Positions 22,686 to 36,469 of a stretch of DNA of 64,000 nt are shown one piece after another. The DNA comes from Leucoraja ocellata (lineage: Eukaryota). Below the pieces are notes generated by a model. That model saw only the letters and a program-made list of their open reading frames with translations. It had not been told where the DNA came from and made no database searches. Position numbers and translations under genes: made by a program. Each line of letters begins with the position of its first letter. Within the stretch, counting starts at the first letter, position 1. The stretch lies in assembly GCA_036785375.1 (NCBI GenBank), contig JAWMAR010000384.1, positions 124,001-188,000 on the forward strand, written 5' to 3'.

Positions 22686-23682
22686 GCTGTAGTCCCATCC
22701 ACCTCTGGTAACATATCACTACCCACCTTGTTTATTATGAATATTTCTACCTTTGGAAAAAAATAAAGACTGCTTCTACCACATTTTCAGAAACGTAATT
22801 GATGAGGCTTTCTCCATTCTGGGAGATGTGTTTTGTTTCTTCACTTTTTGAAGTAGGCATTTATTTTTGTGTAACCGGTGACGTTTAGTTTTAGATTACC
22901 CCAGCCGAATTGTCCTCACCCTTCACATGCTGTTAAGACTCCGCATAATCACCTGTGCTTCAATTAAAGCAACTCTCATGCTTCAAACTGTCGAGCACTC
23001 GCTCGTTGCAGATATGGGTCTATTAGTAACCATTTTCTGAATTGCTTCAAAGGCATTTACATTTCAATACTCTGCTCGATACTGCGATGAAGTACAACTG
23101 AAACACTAAGACCCTTTCTCTTTTGTATTCGGTTTTTCTGGCGTTAGATGCTAACACTGTTACCTTTCCTAGGCAGTTGTTGTACCTCTTTCTAGCCTGT
23201 GGCGAATCCTCACCAACAATTCGAAATAATTCTGCATCTCAAAACACTGAAAATTGTCAAAATGTAAATATGAAGGGCCTCGACCGGAAACGTTAACCAT
23301 ACCTTCTCTCCAGAGATGCTGCCTGTCCCTCTGAGTTACCCCAACTTTTTGTGTCTATATTGTAAAGAACATTCTTTTGTATCACTTACCCGGCCAAAAT
23401 TGACATTTCACATGTTCCCACATCCCGCATTTACCAGGCCTTTGCCCATTCACTGGAACTATCCACATCCACGGTGGACTTGTTTTGTTCTTCATGTCAT
23501 TAACAAATTCAACAGCCAACATTTTTTTTTTAGCATTTTTGGAAATTGTGGTTCCAGCGTTGATCTATGAGGCACATCAGTTTTTGCATCATTCCCACAC
23601 GAATTTTGCCTATTTATGCGTGTTCTATGTTTCAAACGAATCGCCCAATGTTCTTTTCTTAACCATAAATACCAAGGTTCGT

Positions 23683-24735
23683 AGAAAATAGGTGCAGGAG
23701 TAGGCTATTCGGCCCTTCGAGCAGCACCGCCATTCAGCATGATCATGGCTGATCATCCAAAATCGGTATCCCGTTCCTGCTTTCTCCCCATATCCATTGG
23801 GTCCATCAACCCTAAAAGCTATATCTAACTCTCTGTTGAATACAACCAGTGATTTGGCCTCCACTGCCTTCTGTGGCAGAAAATTCCACAGATTCACAAC
23901 TCTCTGCGTAACAAAAGTGTTTCCGCATCTCTGTCCTAAATGGCCTACCATTTTTTAAAACTAGGACGCCTGGTTCTGGATTCCCCATCATCGGGAACAT
24001 TTTACATGCATCTAGTGTATCCAATCCCTTAAGAATGTTATATGTTTCTATAAGAACCCCTCTCATCCAAAATGCCAGTGCATATAAGCCCACTCGATCA
24101 TATGTCAGTTCCACCATCCCGGGAATTAATCTGGTGAACCGACGTTGCACTCCCTCAATAGCAAGAATGTCCTTCCTCAAATGTAGAGAACAAAACTGCA
24201 CATAATACTCCAGGTGTGGTCTCACTAGGGCCCTGTACCACTGCCGTCGGACCACCTTGTCCCTATACTCAAATCCTCTCGCAATGAAGGCCAACGTGCC
24301 ATTCGATTTTCTTCACTGCCGACTGCACCTGCAAGCTTTCTTTCCGTGACTGGTGTTCAAGGCCACACAGTTCTCGTTTCACCTCCCCTTTCCCAAATTT
24401 GACACCATTCAGATAATAATCTGCCTTCCTGTTTTTGCCACCAAAGTGGATAACCTCACATTTATCCACGTTATACAGCATCTGCCATGCATCTGCCCAT
24501 TTACTCATCCTATCCAAGTCACCCTGCTGCCTCATAGCATCCTCCATGCAGCTCACACTGTCACCCAGCTTTGTGTGATCAGCAAACTTGGAGATGTTGC
24601 ATTTAATTCCTTCATCTTAATCGTTAATATATATAGTTAATAACTGAGGTCCCAACACTGAGCCTTGCGGCACTAGTCACTGCCTGCCATTCTGAAAAGG
24701 ACCCGTTAATTCCTACTCTTTGCTTCCTGTCTGCC
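23683..24735 (-). mobile_element. decayed CR1 RT/3' fragment, unit 1
   Basis: ORFs 23625-23951, 23812-24294 and 24269-24556 carry CR1 motifs with frameshifts. Confidence 0.85.
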
Positions 24736-27159
24736 ATATAGTTCACCATCCATGTCAATACCATACCTCCAATATTACCACATTATTTACCAGATCAACC
24801 TTAGATTCCTCACCTTATCAAATATCTGCTCGAAATTATATCTGCCTGGCATGGTACTTCTTCAAAGCCATTCGGTAAATTGGTGGAACGTCCTTCATAA
24901 ATTCATAAATTGTAGGACCAGAATTAGGCCTTTCAGCTCTAATTCTACCCGGCCATTCTATCACGCTTGATTTATCTCCACCTCTCAGCCCCTCTCAGCC
25001 CCATTCTCCTGACTTATCCCCATAATCCTTAACACTCTTACTAATCACCAACCAATCAATCTGCACCTTAAAAATATCCATTGAGTTGGCGTCCACAGCG
25101 TTCTGAAGCAATGGATTCCACAGATTCACCACCCTCTGACTAAAGGAATTCCTCCTCATCACCTTTTGTAAATGTACGTCCTTTTATTCTGAGGCTATAA
25201 CCTTTGGTCCTTGACTCCCCCGCTCGTCGAAACATCCACTCCACATCCACTCTATCCAGGAGGGGAGGGGGCGCTCTCCCAAAGTCTACTATCAATTCCA
25301 CCGTCTTAAGAACATTGAGCTCCAGATTGTTACGAAGGCACCAGGACGCCAGCTGTGTTACTTCCTGTCTGTAGGCAGATTCCTCCCCAACCTGGATCAG
25401 TCCAATCAGGGTTGTGTCGCCCTGGGATCCCTGGGATCATCCTCGTAAATCTCCTCTGGACCCTCTCCAACGCCAGCTCACCCTTCCTCAGATTGGAGCC
25501 CGACACCGTTCACAACACTCCAAATGCGGTCTGACCAGTGCCTGATAAAGGCCCAGCATTACATCCCTGGTTTTGTATTTTGTTTTTGTGTTCTGGCCCT
25601 CTCGAAAGAAATGCAAGCATTGCATTCGCCTTCCCGACTACAGACTTGTAAATTAACTTTTGGGGAATCCTGCACCAGCACTCCCAAACCCCTTTGCACC
25701 TTACGTTTCTGAATGTTCTCTCTTTCTCAACAACATTTTGACTTTTGCGAGATGACCTTATTGATTATTTTGTCAATACCCTTTATATATTTTAGTAACA
25801 GCTTGCAATATTTCTGTCTCTCTTCCTTTCTGAATATAAATGATCACCAAGGAACGTCCATGGTAGTTTTGAAATAAAAACTCAAAGCAATGAATTCAGC
25901 GCTGCAATGAGATGAATTAAGATTCTAGAATGAAATACAATACATCTTAACACCCTGTCAGCCCGTGGCTCTATCAACTTCCTAATGATTGCAACGTTTG
26001 TGAGTTTGTTCCTTGCTTCCACTTCCATGTCTGCAGCCGTTTCTGGGATGTTGTCCGTGTTCTGTAGCAGTGCAGACCGAGGACATTTTTCAGTTTACAT
26101 TTTCTGTCATCTCCATATTCCCCTTTACTTTTACCCCAGATCACCTACTTCACTGTCCAGTCTGTAGGTTGTAATAAAAATGACAGCAATTCTTACTATC
26201 ATGCATTAACACTTCCAGCTGACGTCCAACAATACTTTAATATACTCATTGAACGCTTCGTCATTTTTTTTATAATTCTCTGTTCAATTTTCTGATTTCC
26301 ATTCAACATTGCTCATAGAATTGTTTTGTGCTCTTAGTTTAATGCTGTCTTTAACATGTTTAGATAATCGTGGATTTTTTATTTCTTGTGGCACGTGTGT
26401 AGTTTCTGTCTTTTGAATGATTACGTTGAAAGCTTCCGTCTACATCTGGAATTTCCGATATTTTAATTGAATTTGCTGGTGGATTTCAAGTTCAAGTTCA
26501 CATTTAGTGCCACATACACGCTGCAGTTATGGTACAGTGACATTTGAGTTACCGTGCAGCCCATTCAAGTAAAAATAACACAATACATTCAGCTGGCTCC
26601 GTTCCATGGCATGCATTTACCCCTATACAGCATTCCCTCACCCTCACATTTCTACTTTAATTAATGATGTATTGTTCTTCCCATGAACTTCAATTCGACC
26701 GTCTGAAGGGTCGTTCTCTCGCATTGCGATGAAGACATATTAACAGATTCTCCTGTGCCGTTTAATTTCACCATTAAAGTGGACACTTTAAATCCAATGA
26801 AGGGGCTAATGGTGCAATGGTGCCTTGCGATATTACACGACTGCGAATTATTTGTAGGAAAAGGACAAAGGTGTTATTTTATAATTATTTGGGAGCTTAA
26901 GGTGATTAGTGCAAAGTCTGTACAGTGCCACCATTCAACACAGCTGACACCGTTTACTCAGTAAATAAGAGCCTGCTCTCACACAACAGTTCCCGTCTGA
27001 GTCTCAGAGCTTCTCTCCCCCTCCCCCCGCCGCCGTTGACTTCACCGTTGTCTGCTATTCTCCTCCCACTTAAAACAACATGAATATTTATTTCTCCCAA
27101 AGGGCTGGAGTTGCAGAAATATCATTTTACCCCGAGCCAATAATTCAGTGAATCGGTGT

Positions 27160-27196
27160 CACGTGGATAAAGATTTGCATGAATAATTAATAAATA
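27160..27196 (+). promoter_or_regulatory. IgL promoter copy 1: E-box CACGTG, octamer ATTTGCAT (27173-27180), AT-rich TATA-like tract
   Basis: octamer in light-chain orientation ~100 bp upstream of the leader ATG. Confidence 0.85.
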
Positions 27197-27279
27197 GTGA
27201 CTGAAGACTTTAAAAGAGAAACTTGGAAAGGGCTCAAAACCGCGCTTGTGCAGCAAAATATTCCTGTATCACCTTCAAC

Positions 27280-30200
27280 ATGGCTGAATGGGTTTGGGTT
27301 CTCGCCTTGGTGACCTGTTTCCACTGTGAGTAGAGCGCAGAATGATTAATGCTGTATCGTTTTACATTCTGCTGTGTTTTTTTTCTAATGGTTCTGTATA
27401 TTTATCTGTTATTTCTATCAGCTATAAACGCGGAGACTACCTTGACTCAGAGCCCGTCTATATCAAAATCGCCGGGAACAACCGTGAAAATCACCTGTAC
27501 ACTGTCAGGGGGCAGCATCGGTAGCTTCTACACGAGCTGGTACTGGCAGAAGCCGAGCAGCAGCCCTGTCTTGGTGTGGTATGAAACCTCCAGAGGCACC
27601 GGAATTCCAGACCGATTCACGGGATCCGTGGTCTCATCCACGAACCAAATGCATTTAACCATCACCAACGTGCAATCGGAGGACGCGGCCGATTATTACT
27701 GTGCTGTGTGGGACAAGAGTAACGGCAAATTCACCTTCGGGAGAGGAACCAAACTGAATCTAAGCAGTAAGTAAAGTATTCACGGTGTGAAACAATAAAT
27801 CGTTGAACTTGGGTTTTGCTTTCCATCATAAATCCTCGGTAGAAAGATCGTATTAAACCAAAGTAGACAGGACGGGCCAGCCAGCTTCTCCGGTAGAATT
27901 ATAGATGGGCAATGGTTTGTGTCGGAACCTTTGCGAAAGGTTCCCGAACGGAAATATCATCTTTCTTTGTGGACCAGAGATGCTGTCTGATCCGCTGGAT
28001 TACTTCAGCACTTTGTGTTGTACTCAAGATGCCAACATTCGCGGTTCCTTGTTTCTCCTACGTGAATTTGTTTTTTTTTAAAATAATCCTTTACCTCCAT
28101 CCCTACAACACTCCGGGAAATCTGCGCTCATCTATCCGTGGCGTCTTGATCATCGTGGAATTTAACGCCTTCACAGACTGACAGCTGTGCTTCAAATGCG
28201 AAGTTGTTAAATTCTGTAATGATCTGAAAGTCTATTTCCCACTTTCTTCCCTGATGTTCATGAAACCTGCTCCTATAACAGGAATACTGATTCTCTGATT
28301 TGAAGTATCCTCAAGTGGCGGGTTCCATATGAGACGGCTGCTATTGGTCACTTTGCTTCAATATAAGCGGAATGCAAACCAAAACTGTTGCCGTTACTTG
28401 AACAAATGTTCGGGAAATTATGAGATTTCATTAATTTACAGTATATTGTGGACACGGAGAATACCAACTCTGACAGTGGGCCAAATAGAATCATTGGAAA
28501 CATCCAAAGGAAAGTTAATAAACATTTGGCAAGGGATGTCGGTGAAATTAAATGGGATATTTTTGGAATTGCAAATACCCATTAGGGCAAATTGCGCGAA
28601 GTTGATTTCTGATCGTTTTAATGATACCATGAGGGTGAAGTGGCGTTTAGACAGGTTTACATGCGCTCCCTACAACAGCGCTAAAACTAATTGTCAGGGA
28701 AAAGGTTAAAAACAATATTTAAACGCTTCGCACGGCAGCATTTCAATTCCCTTTACGCGAAAGCGTGGAGGATTGTTGCAAGTCTGATTCAGCTCCGAAA
28801 TTAGAAACAAGAGCAGAACCGGATTCTGGTTCATTCCTCGTTCAGCGAGCCATTGCCACCTTAGCTGATCACAATTGTGTGGATATGCCGTCAGACTCTT
28901 TGTACCCTTGACTCTTGTAGATCCTGCAAGGGATTTTGATGCTGGTTCTCCGATTGCCATCGAGTGTATGATATAGCAGAAAACGGAGACTGTTCATTAT
29001 GCTGTTAAACATGATCCCTCTGAGTGTTGATTTTTTTTAAGGGCAGGCGGTTGGTAGACCGACATGTCAAAAAAGCTTCAAAGAGCGAGACATCATTTTG
29101 CCATTTTCGGTTAAATTAATGCAGAAATGGGCACACGTGTATACGAGGTTATTGCTGAATTGCCTTGAATCGTACGATTGGAAGGAAATAGTACAGCGTC
29201 TTTAAATTCAGCATTAGCTTGAAATGTTGTATGAAGTCCGAATATGTTGGATGTTAAACCCAGAGCTGTCTGGACATGTGTCAGAAGGAATTTGAATCTG
29301 ACCAAAACATTTCTTTAGTTTTATCTTTCATTTTTCTGTCCGCCACCATCATTGAATCATGGACTGTCTGGACGATGTGGAAGATTCACTAATAAGTAAC
29401 ATTCTAAAGACTGTTCCGGGATAGAATTGGGATTACTATTTAAACAAGCATTAATTTGGAAATGCTGCTCATTCTGCCAGGATGAGTTGTATTTACATTT
29501 TTTCTGCCCGTTTCCATGATCTGTAGAAAATCGTATGTTATATGTTTTATCAAACCTCGGATATACCCCCATAAAAATTAACTTATCATGATTCTGCTGT
29601 ATAAAATGAGGTTTATAAATGAACGGTAATTGTAAAGCCAGTGCAGTACACGGCCATAGAGCCACGGAGTTATGCAGCGGTGGAACAGTCCTTCAGTCCA
29701 CCTATTTCATGCCGACCGGGTTGCCCTACTTGAGCTGGTCCCATTTGCGCGTGTCAGGCCCATATCTCTTTGAACCTTTCTTATCCAAGTATTAATTCAA
29801 ATGTTTATTTAAATGGTCTTATTGTACCTGCCTCATCAACTTCTCTGGGGAACTCATTCCATGGAGTCAACGCATTATGTGAACAAATGTTGCCCTGAAC
29901 CTAAACCCACTAATTCTTCATTCTCCTACTACGGGGAAAAGACTCCATGCGCTAACCCTATGTATTCCCCTCGCGATTTTGTAACCGCCATGCGATCACC
30001 CTAAGGTCTTCTACACTCCAAGGACTAACGTCCTCGCATATCCAATCTATCCAACGAGTCGGCATATATCTTGCCTGGAGTCATTCCAGCTGAATCGATT
30101 CTGACTTTTCAATCAACTGATAAATAATTCATTTGTATTTATTTCAATTCTTTATTTCCAGGTCCGCGCTCCCCCACCGTTTCCATTCTGGCGCCATCAA

Positions 30201-30484
30201 TGGGTGAAGTCACCGCAGAAAGTACCGCCACCCTGGTGTGTTTGGTGAGCGGGTTCAACCCGGGCGCTGTGGACATTAAGTGGACCGTGGACGGCAGTGT
30301 GAGAAGTGACGGCGCTGCGACCAGCCGGGTCCAGCAGGAGAAGGACAACTCGTTCAGTGCGAGCAGTTACCTGACTCTGCCAGCCGCCTACTGGAACTCA
30401 CACGATCTTTACTCCTGTGTGGTTAAACACGAAACCCAGGCAACCCCGATTAAGGCAGACATCGCCAGATCCAGTTGCCTCTAA
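27280..30484 (+). CDS. IGL: immunoglobulin light chain, lambda/type II, germline-joined, copy 1; exons 27280-27325 (L), 27422-27766 (VJ), 30162-30484 (C)
   Basis: leader MAEWVWVLALVTCFH; GT-AG phase-1 introns; V with TCTLSGG..WYWQKP..NQMHLTITNVQSEDAADYYC; fused J FGRGTKL; C1 domain ATLVCLVSGFNPG..YSCVVKHE..SSCL*; AATAAA 30664-30669. Confidence 0.95.
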
Positions 30485-31524
30485 TTCAAAGGATCAAATT
30501 CCCGATTTGCTCCATTTCTTTGTAAATTAATCCAATATTCAGATATGGAATGTTCGCTTTAACAGGGTATTTGTTCAAACGCAGCACGTGTGCATTTTGT
30601 TGCCGTGAATGCGCTGTTGGTATTTTACGATGAACTGAAAAACGATAATGTAACATTTAATGCAATAAAACAGATTAATCTACTTACAATGCATCGTTGT
30701 CATTTTCTGTGCAAATGTCCTTGCCTTCAATAGAATAAAAACAATAATGTCCGATGATGCCAGTGTGTAGAAACTGGCGTTTTGTGAAACGTTGTTATAT
30801 TTCAAATAAAGTGCGTGTTCATGATTGATCGTAGATCCATGTGTTAGGACAGTTGAAGGGACCGCTTGAACATACCCCCCTCACCCGCCCCCCCCCCCCC
30901 CCCCCCCCCCCAGATAGAAGATATTAGGTGCAAACCAGTGTCTCCTATTTTGGATATCCCAAAAATACGGAAGCGCAGTCTTGGCATTACGCTAATATGC
31001 TTGAAGTACCCAAATGTGTCCAATCGTTCCGCACTAAATATCACAATATATCAGTGTTTATACCAGGAAAAACGCGATGACAAGTGTGGTTTGACGGATT
31101 AGTTAACCGCGGCATTACCGTGGTCTTTAATCAGCTCAACATTAATCACCAGAAGTGGTCATATATTTAAACAGTATAACGAGAGGAATAAATTTCAGGC
31201 TCGTAGGGGTGAGCCCAGTTGGCAGAGGAATGCGGGGGCTGGTGGGCAGGAGAACTCATCTCTGTACCGTAAAATAAAGTTGTCTGGCTGCTCACAATAA
31301 CACAAGATGTAGCTTCGAGTAAATGTTCATCCAGCATGAAGTGGCGCTGCATTCGACGATGTTCTGTGGTCCCTGCAGTTATCTTGCTCTTAGATGCTGA
31401 ATCAATCCAAAAATATTGACATAATCTGCAGCACCTTTGGTATATTTACAGTTCTTGTCATTTATGGGGAGGCAAATGTAAACTGCTTGATGTGAAAATG
31501 CTGGTATTGCCCAAGATGCAATTC

Positions 31525-32872
31525 GGTGCATTAAAACAATATATCAGGAGCCTACAGCTAGGATTAAGGTAAATGGAAACATATCAAAACGGATCCAGTT
31601 AGAGAGGGGCACAAGGCAAGGATGCTGTCTTTCTCTTACTCTCTTCGTTTTGTATATTGAACCCTTAGCACAAGCAATAAGGCAGAGAGAAGACCTGTAG
31701 GGGGTCAAAATGGGGGGAAAGAACATATAATTGGTCTTTTCGCTGATGATATCATTATTTTTCTTGAACGGCCAGATATATGTCTCCCAAATGTAATGAA
31801 CCTATTTGAAACAAATGGATACTACTCAGGGTATAAACTGAATATAACAAAAACACAAATTATTTCATTCAATTATTCTCCATCCCAACAAATCAGAGAT
31901 GCATATAATCTGGAATGGAATTCTAAAACGATGCAGTATCTTGGTGTAACTATAACCAAAACACTTTCCAACTCGTTTGAAACTAATTATAACAAAATTG
32001 AAGAAAACATCAAAAATGATGTTGAAAGGTGGTCGACCCTTCCTCTAGACTTCAGTGCCAGAATACAAACGGTAAAAATGAATATCCTACCTAAACTACT
32101 ATATTTATTCCAATCTCTCCCAATTAATGTCCCCCGAGATAAATCCATAGCCTGGGATAAAATGATCTCTAGATTCATTTGAAATAGCAAAAAAACAAGA
32201 ATAAAACTAACAACACTTCAACTGCCGAAAAGCAAGGGTGGAATGGCTTTACCAAATCTGAGGAAATACATTTATGTAGCTCAACTCAGACCTCTGTTGG
32301 TGTAGACCTGATTATGAATCTCGATGGAAAGAAATTGAAAGGTAGATACAGGGTTACCAGATCCAGATTTTGGTGGGAGACTAATATCTGAGAGGGGCTT
32401 TGAGACACGCTATGGACCACATAGTAGCATTTACGTTAGAAATATGTAATGTTATAGTGGAAAAATACAAATTAAAAAGAGGGGTTCACGCATTGAAGTG
32501 GTTCGCATATGACTCAAAGTTTAACCAGGGGTGTATGATTCAAAATTCAAAGAATGGGCACAAAAAGGCATAATGGCAATGTATACAGTTTCAGAAAATG
32601 GCGAGTTTATGAGCTTCCAAGATTTAAAGTCAAAGTCTGGTCTCGAAAACAATGATTTTTTTAGATACTTGCAATTAAGAGACTACTTTACAAAAGAGGT
32701 AAGGCCAGAACTAGATGAAACTTCAAATAATGTGATCAAGGTGATTGTGGATGCATACAAACAGAAGGGGTCTCGGGTCAACTCTGCTTTCTACCAAGCT
32801 CTGATGGGAAGCGGGGGAGAATCAACGCTCTACATAAAAACAAATTAGGAAGCAGAATTAAAGATTCAGATA

Positions 32873-32912
<40 letters not shown>

Positions 32913-32915
32913 TAT

Positions 32916-32947
<32 letters not shown>

Positions 32948-34200
32948 GAAGAAGAAGAATAATAAGTTGATTTATATAGCACATTTATAGTCACTTTTCA
33001 TTGACCCCAAAGTGCTTTACATAATTTAAAAATCAGTTCCATACAAAGCATAAAGATGGGTTAACAAAATAATAAAATGCATAAACAGGACACAACATGT
33101 AACATAACCATCCACCACAGCATTCATCACTGTGGTGGAAGGCACAAAAAATTTTGGCCGTCCTCCTCCATTTCCCCCCCCGTGGACAAGACCAGAGTCC
33201 AGAGTCCAGTCCAGGATCGGTCTTTCCTCACCGGAGACCGCGGCTTCAAGATTGTGTAGGCCGCAGGCCGGCGGTTGAGATTTAAAGTCCCCGCCGCAGC
33301 CAGAAGCACCGTAGACTGCAGGGCCGGCGGTCGAAGCTCCCCTCCAGGGGTGATGGTAAGTCCATGCCGGGCCCGCGGTAGAAGTTATCCGCGGGCCGGC
33401 AATGGCGGCTTCTTCTTCACCCATAAGAAGAATGGTATCAAATGTGTGAAACACAATGTCCTTCCACAAGCACACTAGTATGGAAAGAGTTTTTCTGGAA
33501 GAATCTATCTCGCTTTTTTTATAAGCAGCAAACTCGCTGTCCAACAACACTGTTGGAGGCTGTGTCGGAATACGGAGGCAGACCACTCGCATATTTTCTG
33601 GAACTGTGTAAAGATAAGGCCATACTGGGAAATTATTAATGCAGCTGTAAAAAATATCTTGGGTTATAAAATCCCAAATACCTGCCATGTGATTTATCTG
33701 GGGCGTATTAAAGATATTGTAAAAATAAAAGATACATATTTGATTAAAGTTTTGCTTGCAGCAAGTAAGAAGGCCATTACCAGGCAGTGGCTTAATGAAA
33801 AAGTCCAAAACAGGAACAGTGGTTAGAAATTGTGCGAGACATCTTTAATATGGAGAAATTGACATATTCCTTGAGAGTCAAGGAAAATTCATTTGAGAAG
33901 ATCTGGGAATAATGGACCATTTATTTGAGCCATGACACCAATTAGATAAATGCGGAGCTAGATATGGGAATATCGCGTTATATAGAACTAGATGGTATGT
34001 TTGTATGATTATTGAATTATCTCCAGATAACTAATCAATGTAATGTTTTTGCTTTTTTAAGTTGGTAAAGTGAACCACACGGTCTTATTCCATTTTTTTT
34101 TTTATTTACTTCTTTTATTTCCCCTATCTACTTATTTTTTTATTTTGATTGTTGTTTTTCTTACTTTGTTTTATTTATGGTGATGGTGTTGCACGGTTTT
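31525..34200 (+). mobile_element. decayed L1/Tx1-clade ORF2 fragment, unit 1, with a nested minus-strand (ATT)n-tailed insertion at ~32870-33420
   Basis: RGTRQGC.LS, FADD (ttcgctgatgat), [35 protein letters not shown]...ADHSHIFWNC. Confidence 0.85.
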
Positions 34201-36469
34201 GTATATATCTCTTAAAAAACAAAGAAAATAAGTTGACCATTTGACCGCGTGGGCAGAAGATACTGATGCAGTCTCCGATTATAACGGTAGATGGCGCTGC
34301 CGTACCTTACATCTGTGATGAAGCTCAACACGGCCAATTCTGAAATGGGTCAAACGCAATATTGTGTCTGAGGTCACGTACAGGCCAGACCAGCAATAAT
34401 TGGATTATTTTCCCCTTGAAGGATATATTTGGGATCCATTTGTTCAAACATGAAGACAGTTGCAAACATGATTTTGTACATTTGAGTGGGTTTTGGTCCC
34501 AGGATTTTAGCCCCAGGTTTTCCATCTATCCAATTTGCCACGGTGTTGAGTGTCAATGAAAGTCATAAAGATTTAAACAACGACGCATGACATAAATAAC
34601 TGAACATTGTTCTCTTAAAAGAAACAAACAGAAAATCCAATTACAACTCATTTTAAACCGAGAACTCTTGTTTGCAGAAACATCGCAGACACGTGGACTG
34701 TGACAGAAAATACACAGGAATAAATGATACATAAATTATACAAGTACATCAGAAAGAAAGAAACAAGATTGCGGCCAAAAACATAATAATAATAAAACAT
34801 GTCGATTGTGTACAAGTTTTGGGGCATAGTGTCCCGTTATGGAGGCAGAATTAGGGGTATGTTGGTCCTTCCAAAAGCTGGATAGTTGTAGGCAAGTAAC
34901 TGTTGAACCGGGTGATGTATTTTCTGTAGTAGATCTGTAAAGGTTTGTTGGAGTATTTGGAGACAAAAAGTATTTCTTTAAAATTCTTGGAAAGTAGAGG
35001 CATTGACGCTCCTTCACGGATGCAGTTGTTTGCTGGACCCGGGACACGTCATCCACAATGTTAATGCTTAGAATTTAAAGCTGATAACTCTCTCCACCAC
35101 TGCTCCATCAAATACTAACTGGCCTGAGGTCCCCGGACTTCCTCTTTCTGAAGTCAGCGACCAGTTCCGTCTTGTTGATTTGGAGCGAAAGGTTGTTGTT
35201 CTGACACCACTCAACCAAGTGTTCCGTCTCTCTTCTCTATGTTGACGCAGCACCATCAGTGATTCATCCAAACAGAATGGTGTTGGGGGTGGATCAATAG
35301 ATGACTTTGGAGCTGTGGGTGTAAAGGAAGTAGAGCAGGGTGTAAAGCCGCAGCCTTGAAATGCACTGTGTTGCTGGTCAATGGGGAGGAGATGATGTTC
35401 CCCATCCGCACTCGGTCACTTGAAGCTAATTCACCAAACAGTAAAATGGTGACTAATCTGATTGTAACCACTGATCTGCAGTCCCATCCACCTCTGGTAA
35501 CATATCACTACCCACCTTGTTTATTATGAATATTTCTACCTTTGGAAAAAAATAAAGACTGCTTCTACCACATTTTCAGAAACGTAATTGATGAGGCTTT
35601 CTCCATTCTGAGAGATGTGTTTTGTTTCTTCACTTTTTGAAGTAGGCATTTATTTTTGTGTAACCGGTGACGTTTAGTTTTAGATTACCCCAGCCGAATT
35701 GTCCTCACCCTTCACATGCTGTTAAGACCCCGCATAATCACCTGTGCTTCAATTAAAGCAACTCTCATGCTTCAAACTGTCGAGCACTCACTCGTTGCAG
35801 ATATGGGTATATTAGTAACCATTTTCTGAATTGCTTCAAAGGCATTTACATTTCAATACTCTGCTCGATACTGCGATGAAGTACAACTGAAACACTAAGA
35901 CCCTTTCTCTTTTGTATTCGGTTTTTCTGGCGTTAGATGCTAACACTGTTACCTTTCCTAGGCAGTTGTTGTACCTCTTTCTAGCCTGTGGCGAATCCTC
36001 ACCAACAATTCGAAATAATTCTGCATCTCAAAACACTGAAAATTGTCAAAATGTAAATATGAAGGGCCTCGACCCGAAACGTTAACCATACCTTCTCTCC
36101 AGAGATGCTGCCTGTCCCTCTGAGTTACCCCAACGTTTTGTGTCTATATTGTAAAGAACATTCTTTTGTATCACTTACCCGGCCAAAATTGACATTTCAC
36201 ATGTTCCCACATCCCGCATTTACCAGGCCTTTGCCCATTCACTGGAACTATCCACATCCACGGTGGCCTTGTTTGGTTCTTCATGTCATTAACAAATTCA
36301 ACAGCCAACATTTTTTTTTAGCATTTTTGGAAATTGTGGCTGCAGCAGTGATCTATGAGGCACATCAGTTTTTGCATCTTTCCAACCCGAATTTTGCCTA
36401 TTTATGCGTGTTCTATGTTTCAAACGAATCGCCCAATGTTCTTTTCTTAACCATAAATACCAAGGTTCG

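Noticed and set aside
27349-27421. Hydrophobic N-terminal extensions of the IgL ORFs (MLYRFTFCC..., also at 40115 and 53683) as leaders
   Set aside because: They are intron 1 read in frame; the real leader exons lie upstream with canonical splice sites
27697-27703. Embedded heptamer TACTGTG at the YYC codons
   Set aside because: Common by-product of Tyr-Cys codons in V genes; no nonamer, and no unrearranged donor V in the window
28329-28960. ORFs conserved in all three J-C introns (also ~41070 and ~54657)
   Set aside because: Conservation reflects recent duplication; copy 2 is frameshifted and there is no recognisable domain
33026-33808. 260-aa minus-strand ORF and its paralogs
   Set aside because: Antisense to the L1 fragment plus a nested repeat; broken differently in each unit
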